NCBI GenBank assembly: GCA_038064675.1
Contig: JBBTSM010000002.1
Span: 6,507-70,506, forward strand
DNA length: 64,000 bases
Origin: Patescibacteria group bacterium
GTDB taxonomy: Bacteria; Patescibacteriota; Patescibacteriia; UBA9934
Direction: 5' to 3'
Numbering within the stretch: position 1 is the stretch's first letter; every line of letters begins with the position of its first letter. Shown one piece after another: positions 19,998 to 29,056 of the stretch. Under the pieces are notes generated by a model, which worked only from the letters and a program-made list of their open reading frames with translations, did not search any database and was not told the origin of the DNA. The position numbers were made by a program, and so were the translations under genes.

Positions 19998-21665
19998 TTA
20001 TACAAATACCCGTGTTTCACCCCTTATTGGTAGTACTATACGCCCGCATATTGGGGTTTTCTTGCCTCCATTCCGATGGCATATAGCTGTTTTAGCTCTC
20101 CCACGAGCTGGTTCCAAAACTCTACCGATTGGCTCACCAAAAGCTTCTCCGTCGAATATGACGGGGATGTTTTTGTTATGGACGAATTCTTTGCAGAGAT
20201 AATCAAGCGGAGCATTGAGAATGGCCTTGTAAAGTTTGCCGTCGCGCACGATGAGGTCTTTGAAGACGATGGCGAGGATCTGACGCTTCAACGGCTCAGG
20301 AGCCCGTTTGTAGGCCTTAGGGAGATCACGAATGAACGCCACTGCTCGCTCCAGAATTTGAATGGCCGATTGGATCATTGTTTGGTTCGCCTCCAGCCGC
20401 GCTTTGCAGCGAGCCCGATCGGAAGAAACTTCTTCACGGATGGTTTCGTAAATTTCCTCACTGAGTTTATTTTCCAGATACTTGTTCACGAGCGCCCGCT
20501 CTTTAGCGTCCAGCTCTTCAATCTTTCGCGTAAGCTCCCGACGCTCTTTCGTCACGGACGTCTGTTCTCGCTCGTGGATTTCTTGCAGCTTCTTCTCAAT
20601 GCGCCCAACGATGCGTGCGGGCAAACGCACCACTTTCAACGCTTTCAAAACTTCGCCCTCCAGCTGGGTCGTTTCAACGTAGGACTGCGAGCAGAAGACG
20701 GGGTGACCTTCCCGTTTCTTGGAGCAGCGGTAATAAGAAATTACTCGACCCGAGGAAGTCGTCTGTTTTTCGTAAGTAATACCACCGCCACACTCCCCAC
20801 AAATCATAATCCCGCGAAGCAGAAAAGCGTTCTTTCGTTTCTTGCTGCGTCCATGCACTCGATCTTCCAAAGCAAACTGGACGCGCTGAAAAAGTTCTCG
20901 GGAAATGAGAGGCACGTGCGATCCCTTCGCTTCAACGCCATTCCAGCGGATGGAACCGATGTAGAAGGGATTTTTGAGCATGCGGCAGATAACCGAACCG
21001 GATAGCGGCTTATCGACACGCCCCTGCCGAATGCCCTGCGAGTAGAGCCACTTGGTCAACTCGATCGCTGTGTATTGTCCGGTCGCAAACATTTCAAAGA
21101 CCTTTACCGCAAGGTCGCGCGTCTTCGGATCGGGGGCGACATACTTTCTTTCGATGCCGTCGGAGTCGATCTCCTTCACGTTTTTGTAGCCAAATCCAGC
21201 TTTGGTATTCCAAAGTCCCTGCTGGGCACGCTGGTTCATGCCCTTGAGCACGTCTCGGCCAAGGTTGAGTGACTGGTACTCCGCCATTGCAGCAAGAATG
21301 CCCTCTGTGAATTTTCCCTCCGGTGTCTCGTCGATGTTTTCCGTGGCAGAAATGAGCTTGATCTTCTTTTTGCGGAGAGTTCCGACAATGGCCGCATGGT
21401 CGATGGTGTTACGCGCAAGACGGCTGACTTGGTGAACGTATACCGCGTCGATACCGCCCTGTCTGCAGCGATCTAATAGCGCCTGAAGACCCGGCCGAGC
21501 GTCAGTACGCGCAGATTCTCCCTCGTCACGAAATATGTGCCCAATCTCGTAGCCATCAGCGGCGGCACGCGTTTTGCAGACCTCCTCCTGCGCGGGCAAG
21601 GAAAATCCCCGCTCGGCTTGCCGGTCGGTTGAAACACGTAAATAGAGAAGTGCTATTTTACTCAT
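19998..21665 (-). CDS. large serine recombinase (second copy, different sequence)
   Basis: It has ALLYLRVSTDRQ...GESART... and is 555 aa. Confidence 0.85.
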   Translation of the reverse strand: MSKIALLYLRVSTDRQAERGFSLPAQEEVCKTRAAADGYEIGHIFRDEGESARTDARPGLQALLDRCRQGGIDAVYVHQVSRLARNTIDHAAIVGTLRKKKIKLISATENIDETPEGKFTEGILAAMAEYQSLNLGRDVLKGMNQRAQQGLWNTKAGFGYKNVKEIDSDGIERKYVAPDPKTRDLAVKVFEMFATGQYTAIELTKWLYSQGIRQGRVDKPLSGSVICRMLKNPFYIGSIRWNGVEAKGSHVPLISRELFQRVQFALEDRVHGRSKKRKNAFLLRGIMICGECGGGITYEKQTTSSGRVISYYRCSKKREGHPVFCSQSYVETTQLEGEVLKALKVVRLPARIVGRIEKKLQEIHEREQTSVTKERRELTRKIEELDAKERALVNKYLENKLSEEIYETIREEVSSDRARCKARLEANQTMIQSAIQILERAVAFIRDLPKAYKRAPEPLKRQILAIVFKDLIVRDGKLYKAILNAPLDYLCKEFVHNKNIPVIFDGEAFGEPIGRVLEPARGRAKTAICHRNGGKKTPICGRIVLPIRGETRVFV

Positions 21666-21714
21666 ACGTTATTGGGTGAATTATGCGGTTATTTTTGAAT
21701 TCACGAAAGCCACG

Positions 21715-21840
21715 TTTTTCACTGCGGAAATTCCCGAGAAATCACTGCATAATCTCCGGCCATTTCACTCCAAAAATCACTGGAAGAATGTCCTTTCGAC
21801 AAAAAGAAAATCGCATAAGTAAGCCATGAAAATCACTTTT
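21715..21840. repeat. iteron-like direct repeats (A/T)AATCACT(G) x3 plus two TTTCACT variants upstream of recombinase 2
   Basis: AAATCACTG is at 21739. AAATCACTG is at 21774. AAATCACTT is at 21829. TTTCACTG is at 21718. TTTCACTC is at 21763. Confidence 0.4.
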
Positions 21841-21865
21841 CCCCTTATCCAACTTTCTGGAGTTT

Positions 21866-22459
21866 TCAATCAGGAGTTTCTGCAGTGCCCGCAGAAAAGT
21901 TTCCGCAGTCCCGAGTGTCGGTTATTGCGGCACGTCGTGCCTCGGCTCCTATGAGATTTTTATAGGTGAATTTTTCATCATCCCCGCCTCCATATGCGAC
22001 CCATCGCTTCTGATGGGGGACAAAAAGAATCACCTTGCCGTCAGGGAGAGCTTTTGCCGGATCCTTTCCAAAACGTAAACCTCCTTTGTTTACATATTTC
22101 TTATTCACTACATCTTGTTTGTATTCGCCCTGCCGAAGGGGAGGTACTCGCTCACCCGAATACCCCCCTTCGCCCTGCCGAATGGGTGTATGAGGAAAAA
22201 CATATCGGTTCACATGACCGGCTGTACGGGCCACACTCAGCCACCCTGCCTTTTCTAGCTTTATGACTGACTCGTAGAGGCATGTGAGGCCAATTTTATT
22301 CTTCGTCTTCTTGCGGAGTGCTGCATTGGAAGGATTGCATTGCCCAGTTCTGCCATTACGAAAAGATTGCAAAACCCCATATACCCAGTAATCTCGAAAG
22401 CTGAGATCTGGGTCGAGGGCTATGCCGTGAGGGTTCATTGAAAATCCTTTATTCTCCAT
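21866..22459 (-). CDS. hypothetical protein (island cargo)
   Basis: The ORF is 197 aa. No motif was recognised. Confidence 0.35.
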   Translation of the reverse strand: MENKGFSMNPHGIALDPDLSFRDYWVYGVLQSFRNGRTGQCNPSNAALRKKTKNKIGLTCLYESVIKLEKAGWLSVARTAGHVNRYVFPHTPIRQGEGGYSGERVPPLRQGEYKQDVVNKKYVNKGGLRFGKDPAKALPDGKVILFVPHQKRWVAYGGGDDEKFTYKNLIGAEARRAAITDTRDCGNFSAGTAETPD

Positions 22460-22469
22460 ATTCTTCTGC

Positions 22470-22742
22470 TCAAATTCCGTCGTAGAGGATGGACTTCAAC
22501 CGCTTAATCGCATTTACAAATGCAGGAGCGTGAACCAGCGCGTCGTGCCCAAGAGTAAACTCATTAGTCAGACGTCTTACATCGCCATCGTCCGCAAAAA
22601 TAAACGTCGCTCGGCTACCGTCTCGCTCGCAGTTCACGATGCGCTTACCGTGGGCAAGGAGATATGCCGCGAGGTAAAAATTACTCGTTGGAAACTCCAC
22701 GATCTCTGTTTTCATACGTATTCTGATCCGGCTGCCGTGCAA
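22470..22742 (-). CDS. small hypothetical protein (island cargo)
   Basis: The ORF is about 80-90 aa. Its true start is probably MKTEIVEF. Confidence 0.35.
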   Translation of the reverse strand: MHGSRIRIRMKTEIVEFPTSNFYLAAYLLAHGKRIVNCERDGSRATFIFADDGDVRRLTNEFTLGHDALVHAPAFVNAIKRLKSILYDGI

Positions 22743-22820
22743 TCAAATAAAGCGCCTCGGCGAGTTGCTCGATGAGCTGGTCTTCGGCGCTTTGTTGTGC
22801 GGCATCTGGCTTGAACATAA

Positions 22821-22844
22821 GGGCTACTCAACAAAGAGTAGCCC
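22821..22844 (-). terminator. hairpin downstream of the 22881..23576 gene
   Basis: GGGCTACTC-aacaaa-GAGTAGCCC. Confidence 0.4.
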
Positions 22845-22880
22845 TATGCCTCCTATGACTGGTTTCACCAATTCACGAAA

Positions 22881-23576
22881 TTAGTGAAACCGCTTTTTTG
22901 CACGATGTTTTTGCAGCTTTATGCGTTTGACCTCGGCATCCTCCTTTGCCTTTGAAGGAAATTCGTCGTCTACGTTCATCTGGGCGGCGATGTCGCGATT
23001 GGTTTTGATCATTGCTATCGGTTCGCCCGTATCGCTGTCGATGCCGTTGATGACGCCCTTTTGATGATGTAGCTTGAGAACTTTGGCATTTTCTTCGGCA
23101 TTGGGTCGACTTCTTGGGCTTTTATGCCCCATAGCTTCGTGAATGTCTTTTACGAGCTTATCACGCAGGCGCTTCTCTCCAGTTGCGAGTGGCATATCTT
23201 CAGCGTGTTCAATACGTTTTGAACCGGCGGTGATAGTGACGGAAAAGTTTCCCGGAATATGGCGGATCTTATTTAGCACGAGAAAATACCGCACTGCATC
23301 GTGATAGTTTTCAGCGAGCTTTAACTTCTCCAGCATGACGCGGATAGCGCATTTCAGTTCCATGTGCCGACGCGCTACATCGGCCATTGGGATTCCGTCT
23401 GGGCGAAGCCAAACGGCAGCGGCTGGTGCCGTTTCAAAACCCTCAGCGGGTATGCCAATACTCGTGCGCAGCTTCTGTGCAATCGCATCTCCATTACAGT
23501 AAGCCAACCGCTCAACAAAACGTTGGCGGTTTATTTCCGTGGCCTTTTCAGCCAATTCTAAATCCTTATTCTTCAT
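22881..23576 (-). CDS. hypothetical protein (island cargo)
   Basis: The ORF is 231 aa. It has a basic C-terminus. Confidence 0.4.
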   Translation of the reverse strand: MKNKDLELAEKATEINRQRFVERLAYCNGDAIAQKLRTSIGIPAEGFETAPAAAVWLRPDGIPMADVARRHMELKCAIRVMLEKLKLAENYHDAVRYFLVLNKIRHIPGNFSVTITAGSKRIEHAEDMPLATGEKRLRDKLVKDIHEAMGHKSPRSRPNAEENAKVLKLHHQKGVINGIDSDTGEPIAMIKTNRDIAAQMNVDDEFPSKAKEDAEVKRIKLQKHRAKKRFH

Positions 23577-23661
23577 ATTCTCGCCCTTGCTTACCAGTGT
23601 AATTCCTGTAAACTATCCTTACAATCTGCCTAAACCGGCTTCGGCCGGCATGGCACTAAAT

Positions 23662-23813
23662 CCACGCAAATAGAGACGGTCTCGTGACCGGCCCATTTGC
23701 GTGGTTCGTATTCGAAAGAATACGAGGCGGCTCCGAAAGGTGTCCGTCGCCGGCTCGCGGAACCTTTTGTGTTCCGCGACCCCAAGAAAATAATTCGTAA
23801 AACCACGCAAATA
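23662..23813. promoter_or_regulatory. three copies of CACGCAAAT(A) motif (two direct, one inverted) in divergent intergenic region
   Basis: CCACGCAAATA is at 23662. The inverted copy ATTTGCGTGG is at 23695. CCACGCAAATA is at 23803 and overlaps the ATG of the downstream ORF. Confidence 0.4.
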
Positions 23814-24313
23814 TGTCAGACGCAACGAGACCGATCTACCGAATGTGGTGGTTCTGGGTCGCGGCAGTGTTCGTTTTTCTAATGATCGTCGGCGCGATGT
23901 CGGGTGGATCCACGCCAACCAACGACAGCACGTCACAAGAGGCCACAACCCCGATAGTGAACGGCGAGCATTTGCTCGGGTTGACGATTGACGAGGTGCG
24001 CGAGGAGATGGGAATCCCTGATGACGAGAGCACCATGGACCCGACCGCGCAGCAGCTAGCGCTTGGTGGCACGAGTACGTGGACGAACCAGTACACGGTC
24101 AGCGATCACACTATCGTGCTCGATTTCGATATGAAGTCGCGGCAGGTCACCGGCTTCTTCATTGGCACCGACGAGAAAGACGGGATTACGCGCGACTGGA
24201 AGGCACTGCTCCCGCTTAGTGGTCTTTCTGAGGACGCGCAGGGATACTCCATCAAGCCAATCGGTGCGCTCAAGAGTCCCGGCTTCTACACCGGAGTGCA
24301 GGCGACGGAATAG
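23813..24313 (+). CDS. membrane-anchored hypothetical protein
   Basis: One N-terminal TM (WWFWVAAVFVFLMIVGA) is followed by a soluble domain. Confidence 0.4.
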   Translation: MSDATRPIYRMWWFWVAAVFVFLMIVGAMSGGSTPTNDSTSQEATTPIVNGEHLLGLTIDEVREEMGIPDDESTMDPTAQQLALGGTSTWTNQYTVSDHTIVLDFDMKSRQVTGFFIGTDEKDGITRDWKALLPLSGLSEDAQGYSIKPIGALKSPGFYTGVQATE

Positions 24314-24333
24314 TGAAAACACTGCTTAAATCC

Positions 24334-25767
24334 CTACATGATCAAGTGATCAAATTTGGCTTTTAACTTTTCAAATAATGCCTGATCTCCACCCTGTTGC
24401 TTAGCTTTAACAAGCTCAAAAACATCCTCATCATCAAGCGGAATCATAAACCCGCGGTCATCAACCGCAGTATCCTTGCAACGCTGCAAAAGGAGAGTTT
24501 TGTTTTCAATTTTTCTACAAACAAGAAAACCAAACTTTCCCCGACTAGGACCAAACCGGCCAGACAGTTGGTCGATCTCTGGATTGGCCGGATCGTCCGA
24601 ATAGTTTTTACATTCAACAAAAACCATTTGAGCGGGGTAGTGACTACCAAGCCAGTGAAAGAATCCGTTACTCATCACATTAACATAGCTGATGTCGATT
24701 CTCTTTCTACCGCTGTGGAGCTCGTGCTGAACATGTGGGTTGGTGAGTGCAGGATAAAATAAGGCCGAAAGCAAAGCTTCTATGGCTTTTTCGTACCGAT
24801 CTGCTTCCGCATTGCCGACCTGTGTCTGTTGTACCTCGCCGATTAGAGCATCCCAGTCCGGCAAAACTGATCCTTCAATAGCGGCAAGCTCAGAATGACT
24901 CAATGGAGGCGAAATATGTCGCTTCACTTCTTCTCGATACCGTTTCAGGATCGCGGGGTTCCTCAGAGTTTCCCGCGCGTTTACTGCCTTGCCAAACCCA
25001 TATTTTTCTTTTACCGATTTTTTGGTGACTCTTACACCACCCTTTTTAAGTACCTGTACCAATGAAGAGTTGGCAGAGATTTCTTCACGTTGCAGGTGTG
25101 GAATGATGTAATCGCGAAAATACTTATCAGGATTGTAGTTCAAGTCCTGACGTACAATCCCTTTTGGCACAAGAAGAAGCCGACCATCGTTCACCGTTGG
25201 TAGCCGAGCGTATTCAACTTTCCATGAACGACTCGCAGGATCCCACAATGGGCCAGAAACCACGTCGTCCGTAAGGGGTATTCCGTAAGTTTCGCACATT
25301 TCCTGTGTGTAGCGAATCAGGAAAGGCCTAATAAGGTTCGTTGTTATGTCGGAGACGATGTCAACGTCAATTCCAGGTACCATCAAAACGGTTTCTTCGA
25401 GATCTTCCAATAACCCTGTTTTAGCCGCTTCACTTTTGCTTAAAGCATCCCAAACAGTTCCCGCTAAAAGGTTGCCCATCCCTCGGCCGTGCGAAACTCC
25501 AACCGAAAGCCCAAGATGTGTTTCATTAGGTTCCCCCAGTGAAGAAAGCAAGCGCCTTGCGTTTTCATGATCACCGCTCTGGATAGAAGAAATGACGGCC
25601 TTAAAAAAGTTCTGGATGATGGAGATGCACTCGCTTGCCCATACCGAGGAGAGGAGCTTCAAAGAAAGCGGGTCAACAAAAAGAGGGGTGTCATTGACGA
25701 CATCCACGTCCACGAAATCAAGGGTTGGTTGACTTCGACCTAAAGAAAAATGCTCAGAAATTCTCAT
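24334..25767 (-). CDS. PD-(D/E)xK nuclease-fold protein (C-terminal), unknown N-terminal domain; defence candidate
   Basis: The C-terminal GRKRIDISYVN...QMVFVECKNYS...EIDQLSGR matches the D...(E)xK core arrangement of restriction-endonuclease-like folds. Confidence 0.45.
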   Translation of the reverse strand: MRISEHFSLGRSQPTLDFVDVDVVNDTPLFVDPLSLKLLSSVWASECISIIQNFFKAVISSIQSGDHENARRLLSSLGEPNETHLGLSVGVSHGRGMGNLLAGTVWDALSKSEAAKTGLLEDLEETVLMVPGIDVDIVSDITTNLIRPFLIRYTQEMCETYGIPLTDDVVSGPLWDPASRSWKVEYARLPTVNDGRLLLVPKGIVRQDLNYNPDKYFRDYIIPHLQREEISANSSLVQVLKKGGVRVTKKSVKEKYGFGKAVNARETLRNPAILKRYREEVKRHISPPLSHSELAAIEGSVLPDWDALIGEVQQTQVGNAEADRYEKAIEALLSALFYPALTNPHVQHELHSGRKRIDISYVNVMSNGFFHWLGSHYPAQMVFVECKNYSDDPANPEIDQLSGRFGPSRGKFGFLVCRKIENKTLLLQRCKDTAVDDRGFMIPLDDEDVFELVKAKQQGGDQALFEKLKAKFDHLIM

Positions 25768-25814
25768 GCTTATTCTTAGTTCGGCGAACCTAGTTTTTTG
25801 GGAATCCGCAGTCC

Positions 25815-26648
25815 CTACGCTTGCGGAGGTTGGTACCCCAGCTTATAGAGCGCTCCATTGAGCGACCCCTTATGCCCCGCAATTTTTTCTTGCCAAGCTT
25901 TTATCAGGGAATCATCTAAAGATTTCATGAACTCAGTGCGGATTTGTTCGTTCCCCCACTCGACATAATTGAGAATCTTTTCTTCAGTTAGATTGGAAAA
26001 GATCTTTGATCTCGCGTAGACAAAGAGTGGCCCATCGTTCGCGGAAATCGCTCCTCTCGCGCTATTGAAAGTTCTAATTTTGCCTCGTAGCTCTAGGTCT
26101 ATTTGGCTCCCTTTGGCTAGCGCCTCGTCAGCAATCTTTTTGAACTCCAAAAGGCGATAGAGAAGCATCGAGTCGCTGGGCTCTGCGGCCTTTGTGATGT
26201 TCTCAATATGCTTCAGTACAAGATTATAAACTCGGTTAATCGGCGTTCCGTGAAGATAGAAGGTGGCCCCTTCACTTTCGTCCATGACCCATGGCGTGGC
26301 TCCTTTGCTCAACTCCATCTGGAATTCTGGCTCGAAGACGGACTTAATCCAGCTATGTGCTTCTCTAGCGGCTCTAATTCTTTCGACGTTAACGGCGAAG
26401 AGATGTTGAATAAGAATCATTGCCAAGGAGACGAACAGGGTGACGAATCCGGCACCAATCAACTCGATAATCAAGGATTCTCGAAAGGAGCTTGAAAGTG
26501 ACGTCCCTCTTCCAAGGAAGTAGACGATTGTCGTTAAAAACAAAACGAATCCAACGATCAGTAAAGTGATTTTTGTTTTCTCTCCAACTTTCATAGCAGC
26601 TTTACTCAAAACTGCCTTTATTCTCTCATAAAATCTAGGAAATTTCAA
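25815..26648 (-). CDS. 2-TM membrane protein with cytoplasmic C-terminal domain (partner of the nuclease-fold gene)
   Basis: Two hydrophobic helices lie within residues 26-82. It is co-oriented with and 47 bp upstream of 24334..25767. Confidence 0.45.
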   Translation of the reverse strand: MKFPRFYERIKAVLSKAAMKVGEKTKITLLIVGFVLFLTTIVYFLGRGTSLSSSFRESLIIELIGAGFVTLFVSLAMILIQHLFAVNVERIRAAREAHSWIKSVFEPEFQMELSKGATPWVMDESEGATFYLHGTPINRVYNLVLKHIENITKAAEPSDSMLLYRLLEFKKIADEALAKGSQIDLELRGKIRTFNSARGAISANDGPLFVYARSKIFSNLTEEKILNYVEWGNEQIRTEFMKSLDDSLIKAWQEKIAGHKGSLNGALYKLGYQPPQA

Positions 26649-26790
26649 TCATGGGTGCGTTGTGTTAACAACAAACCCCGCGTCGAGAACGACACGAGCG
26701 CGCCGTCCTCGAGGGGAGCGGGGCTTGTCGTCTCACGCGGGGCGAGAGAAGGGTACGCGTTGTCACACTGCACCCGAGGTGCGAGGCCGA

Positions 26791-27312
26791 TCACCACACG
26801 TTCGCGTCTCGCATGGCGGCGATCTGGTCGCGGAGGCCTTCGTTGTTGCTGGCCGCGATGATGCGCTCGACCAGCTCGTCGTCCATCAGGCCGAGCTCCC
26901 TCGCCGCGAGCACGCACACGGCCTCGTCCTCCTCCTCGCTGAACCCGGAGAAGGAGAAGATCATGTCGTCCGCGAGGGCGATCGCGCCGCCGTAGGCGCG
27001 GTCACGCTTGTCGGGCGCGGTCACGTCGCGGGTCTGGAAGCTGGAGACGTGGTCGGGGTGGCGCGACAGGCGCTCGGCCTTCTCGAGGGCGTGGTGGGCG
27101 TACTTGCGCACCTGCTCCCCGGAGGGGCGACGCACCTCGAAGCAGATGACGCACGGGATCTCCCCGCGTCGCCAGTAGGCGAAGAAGCCGCCCGTACGGG
27201 TACGGTCACGGATCGCGACGAGAGGGCCGATGCGTCCTGCGGCGTGGAGAACGGCGAGATCGAGCCGTCCTGCGGCTTCGGAACGGGAACAGGCGCGGAG
27301 AGGGAGTTCCAA
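26791..27312 (-). CDS. hypothetical protein in GC-rich patch
   Basis: The patch is about 65% GC. The minus ORF is more protein-like than the overlapping plus ORFs. Confidence 0.35.
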   Translation of the reverse strand: MELPLRACSRSEAAGRLDLAVLHAAGRIGPLVAIRDRTRTGGFFAYWRRGEIPCVICFEVRRPSGEQVRKYAHHALEKAERLSRHPDHVSSFQTRDVTAPDKRDRAYGGAIALADDMIFSFSGFSEEEDEAVCVLAARELGLMDDELVERIIAASNNEGLRDQIAAMRDANVW

Positions 27313-27499
27313 GAGTCCTCCAGAATCGGAAGAGGGTGGATGCCATTCGCCCCAAGACAGGGCTATTGCGAGCGCAAGTTAGCAAAAAGTCGCCGTTTTG
27401 TCTACACGACGATAGCAAGGGAATCAAAATTAAACCGCAGCAGCAGGAGCTTTTCCTTGTTTTTCAGGAGGTATTCGGTTAACGATGCTTTAGGTTCAC

Positions 27500-27537
27500 C
27501 ACAAGAAAACCACCCTTTATTGGGTGGTTTTCTTGTG
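27500..27537. terminator. 16-bp perfect palindrome CACAAGAAAACCACCC-tttatt-GGGTGGTTTTCTTGTG (bidirectional terminator-like; near island right edge)
   Basis: Read from the sequence. Confidence 0.45.
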
Positions 27538-27640
27538 TGTATAAAGGATAAAACCGATCGTGTTAGGGGACTCTAAAAGCAATAGCTCCTTTAAACATTT
27601 GTCCATTTATCCACCGTGCTCATTGGTGTGGTTTGGTAGG

Positions 27641-28396
27641 ATGTTTCCCAATATGTCAGCTGATCTCCTTTCGCTGCTTACTGCAGCCACCTTTACTCCG
27701 TCTGAAGCGAAAACGTATCTTACCGGCCTTGAGCTTGGGAGCGCGACGCTTTCGGATATTGTGAAGCGTGGAGGGATTTCGAAAACTTCGGCGTTTGAAG
27801 CGCTTGAATCGTTAAAGGATCGAAAGCTCGTGCGTGCAACCCGCCAAAAGGGTCGGGTCATTTATCGAGTCGCTGATGCAGGGAAAGTGGTGGACGTGTT
27901 ACGCGCGAAAATTGCAGAACAGTCCACGACGATCGATGACGTGGTGCGTGCATTGCCGTTATTTACCGCGCTGCAAGGTGGCACACAGCCTTCGACGATG
28001 ATTTACGAAGGCATTGATGCGGTTCATGGATATTTTGCGCATTTAGAAAAAGTTCAGCCCGATACACTGGATGAAATCGCGAATGGTGATGATATTTATA
28101 CGTGGATAGACCCTGAAGAAATTCGCAAAGCAAGGAAGTTATATCGATGGATTCCAAAACACCCAAGGACGCTGTATGTTGGTACGCCAAAAAACTGGAA
28201 TCCAAAATTTGCGCACCGCGTATTGAACAAGGCGTGGGGGACGTTCCGCGGGAATTTGGCGATTTACGGAAATTTTGTCTCCGTACTAACGTACACCACT
28301 CGACCGATTACGATTATCATCGAAGCAAAGGCGCTCGCAGATTCGCTTCGACTGTTGTTCGGAATCGCATGGCGAGCGAGTGACGACCCGAAATAA
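27641..28396 (+). CDS. TrmB-like winged-helix transcriptional regulator
   Basis: There is an N-terminal wHTH (TPSEAKTYLTGLELGSATLSDIVKRGGISKTSAFEALESL). There is a C-terminal domain of about 250 aa. Confidence 0.55.
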   Translation: MFPNMSADLLSLLTAATFTPSEAKTYLTGLELGSATLSDIVKRGGISKTSAFEALESLKDRKLVRATRQKGRVIYRVADAGKVVDVLRAKIAEQSTTIDDVVRALPLFTALQGGTQPSTMIYEGIDAVHGYFAHLEKVQPDTLDEIANGDDIYTWIDPEEIRKARKLYRWIPKHPRTLYVGTPKNWNPKFAHRVLNKAWGTFRGNLAIYGNFVSVLTYTTRPITIIIEAKALADSLRLLFGIAWRASDDPK

Positions 28397-28427
28397 AAAA
28401 CAACCGGCTGTATGCCGGTTGTTTTTA
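28396..28427. terminator. bidirectional terminator between TrmB-like gene and sod
   Basis: AAAAACAACCGGC-tgtat-GCCGGTTGTTTTT. Confidence 0.5.
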
Positions 28428-28430
28428 TGG

Positions 28431-29006
28431 TTATGCCATGAATCGTACCTCCGCCGCCGCCCAGTTGAGGTTGGCGAACACGGCGTTCACGTAGTCTGCG
28501 CGTTGTGCCGGCACGTAGTCGAGGAGATACGCATGCTCCCACACATCGAGGGCAAAGAGGACTTCGCAACCGGCGAGGTGGCCGACTTCGTGATCGGATA
28601 CCCAAATGTTGCGCAATGTATTTGTGGTGCGATCGAGCACTAAAAGTACCCACCCAATTCCACGCATCATCGCCATGGCTTTTACTTCATTCTTCCAGCT
28701 ATCGATCGATCCGTAGTATCCAGCAATCGCATCGGCGAGCGGGCCGGTCATTGATCCATCGCCACCAAGGCTCGCGAAGTAGATCTCGTGCAAACGCATG
28801 CCGTTCCATTCGAATGCGTATCGACGAGTAAGCTCGGAAAGCGCAATCGCGTTTGCCTCTGAATCCTTTTTGTATTCATCGATTTTTGCTATGACCGCAT
28901 TTACGTTCTTCACATATCCTGCGTACAGCTTGAGGTGCGCTTCGATCTGTTTCGCAGACAATCCTGTCATCTCTGGAAGGTTGAACCTTGCTTCTGAGTA
29001 AGGCAT
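28431..29006 (-). CDS. sod: Fe/Mn superoxide dismutase
   Basis: DVWEHAYY-type motif is present (LDVWEHAYLLDY). The metal ligands His and Asp are present. Confidence 0.9.
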   Translation of the reverse strand: MPYSEARFNLPEMTGLSAKQIEAHLKLYAGYVKNVNAVIAKIDEYKKDSEANAIALSELTRRYAFEWNGMRLHEIYFASLGGDGSMTGPLADAIAGYYGSIDSWKNEVKAMAMMRGIGWVLLVLDRTTNTLRNIWVSDHEVGHLAGCEVLFALDVWEHAYLLDYVPAQRADYVNAVFANLNWAAAEVRFMA

Positions 29007-29056
29007 AATGAGGCTTAAGAATAGAGAGATGGTAGCACGGGTGTGCTTGCAAAGCT

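Larger units (their letters stand above)
15895..27540. mobile_element. putative integrative element inserted at the 3' end of tRNA-Glu (two large serine recombinases plus cargo); right boundary approximate
   Basis: The recombinase ORF overlaps the tRNA 3' half. A second recombinase lies 2.5 kb away. The cargo is hypothetical and defence-like genes. Core housekeeping genes resume at about 27.6 kb. Confidence 0.45.

Noticed and set aside
27300-27560. Search for a direct repeat of the tRNA-Glu 3' end (attR) at the island's right edge
   Set aside because: No copy of GGTTCGACTCCCCGTGGAGTCACCA or a sizeable part of it was seen. The right boundary is therefore left approximate, which is acceptable for serine-recombinase elements.
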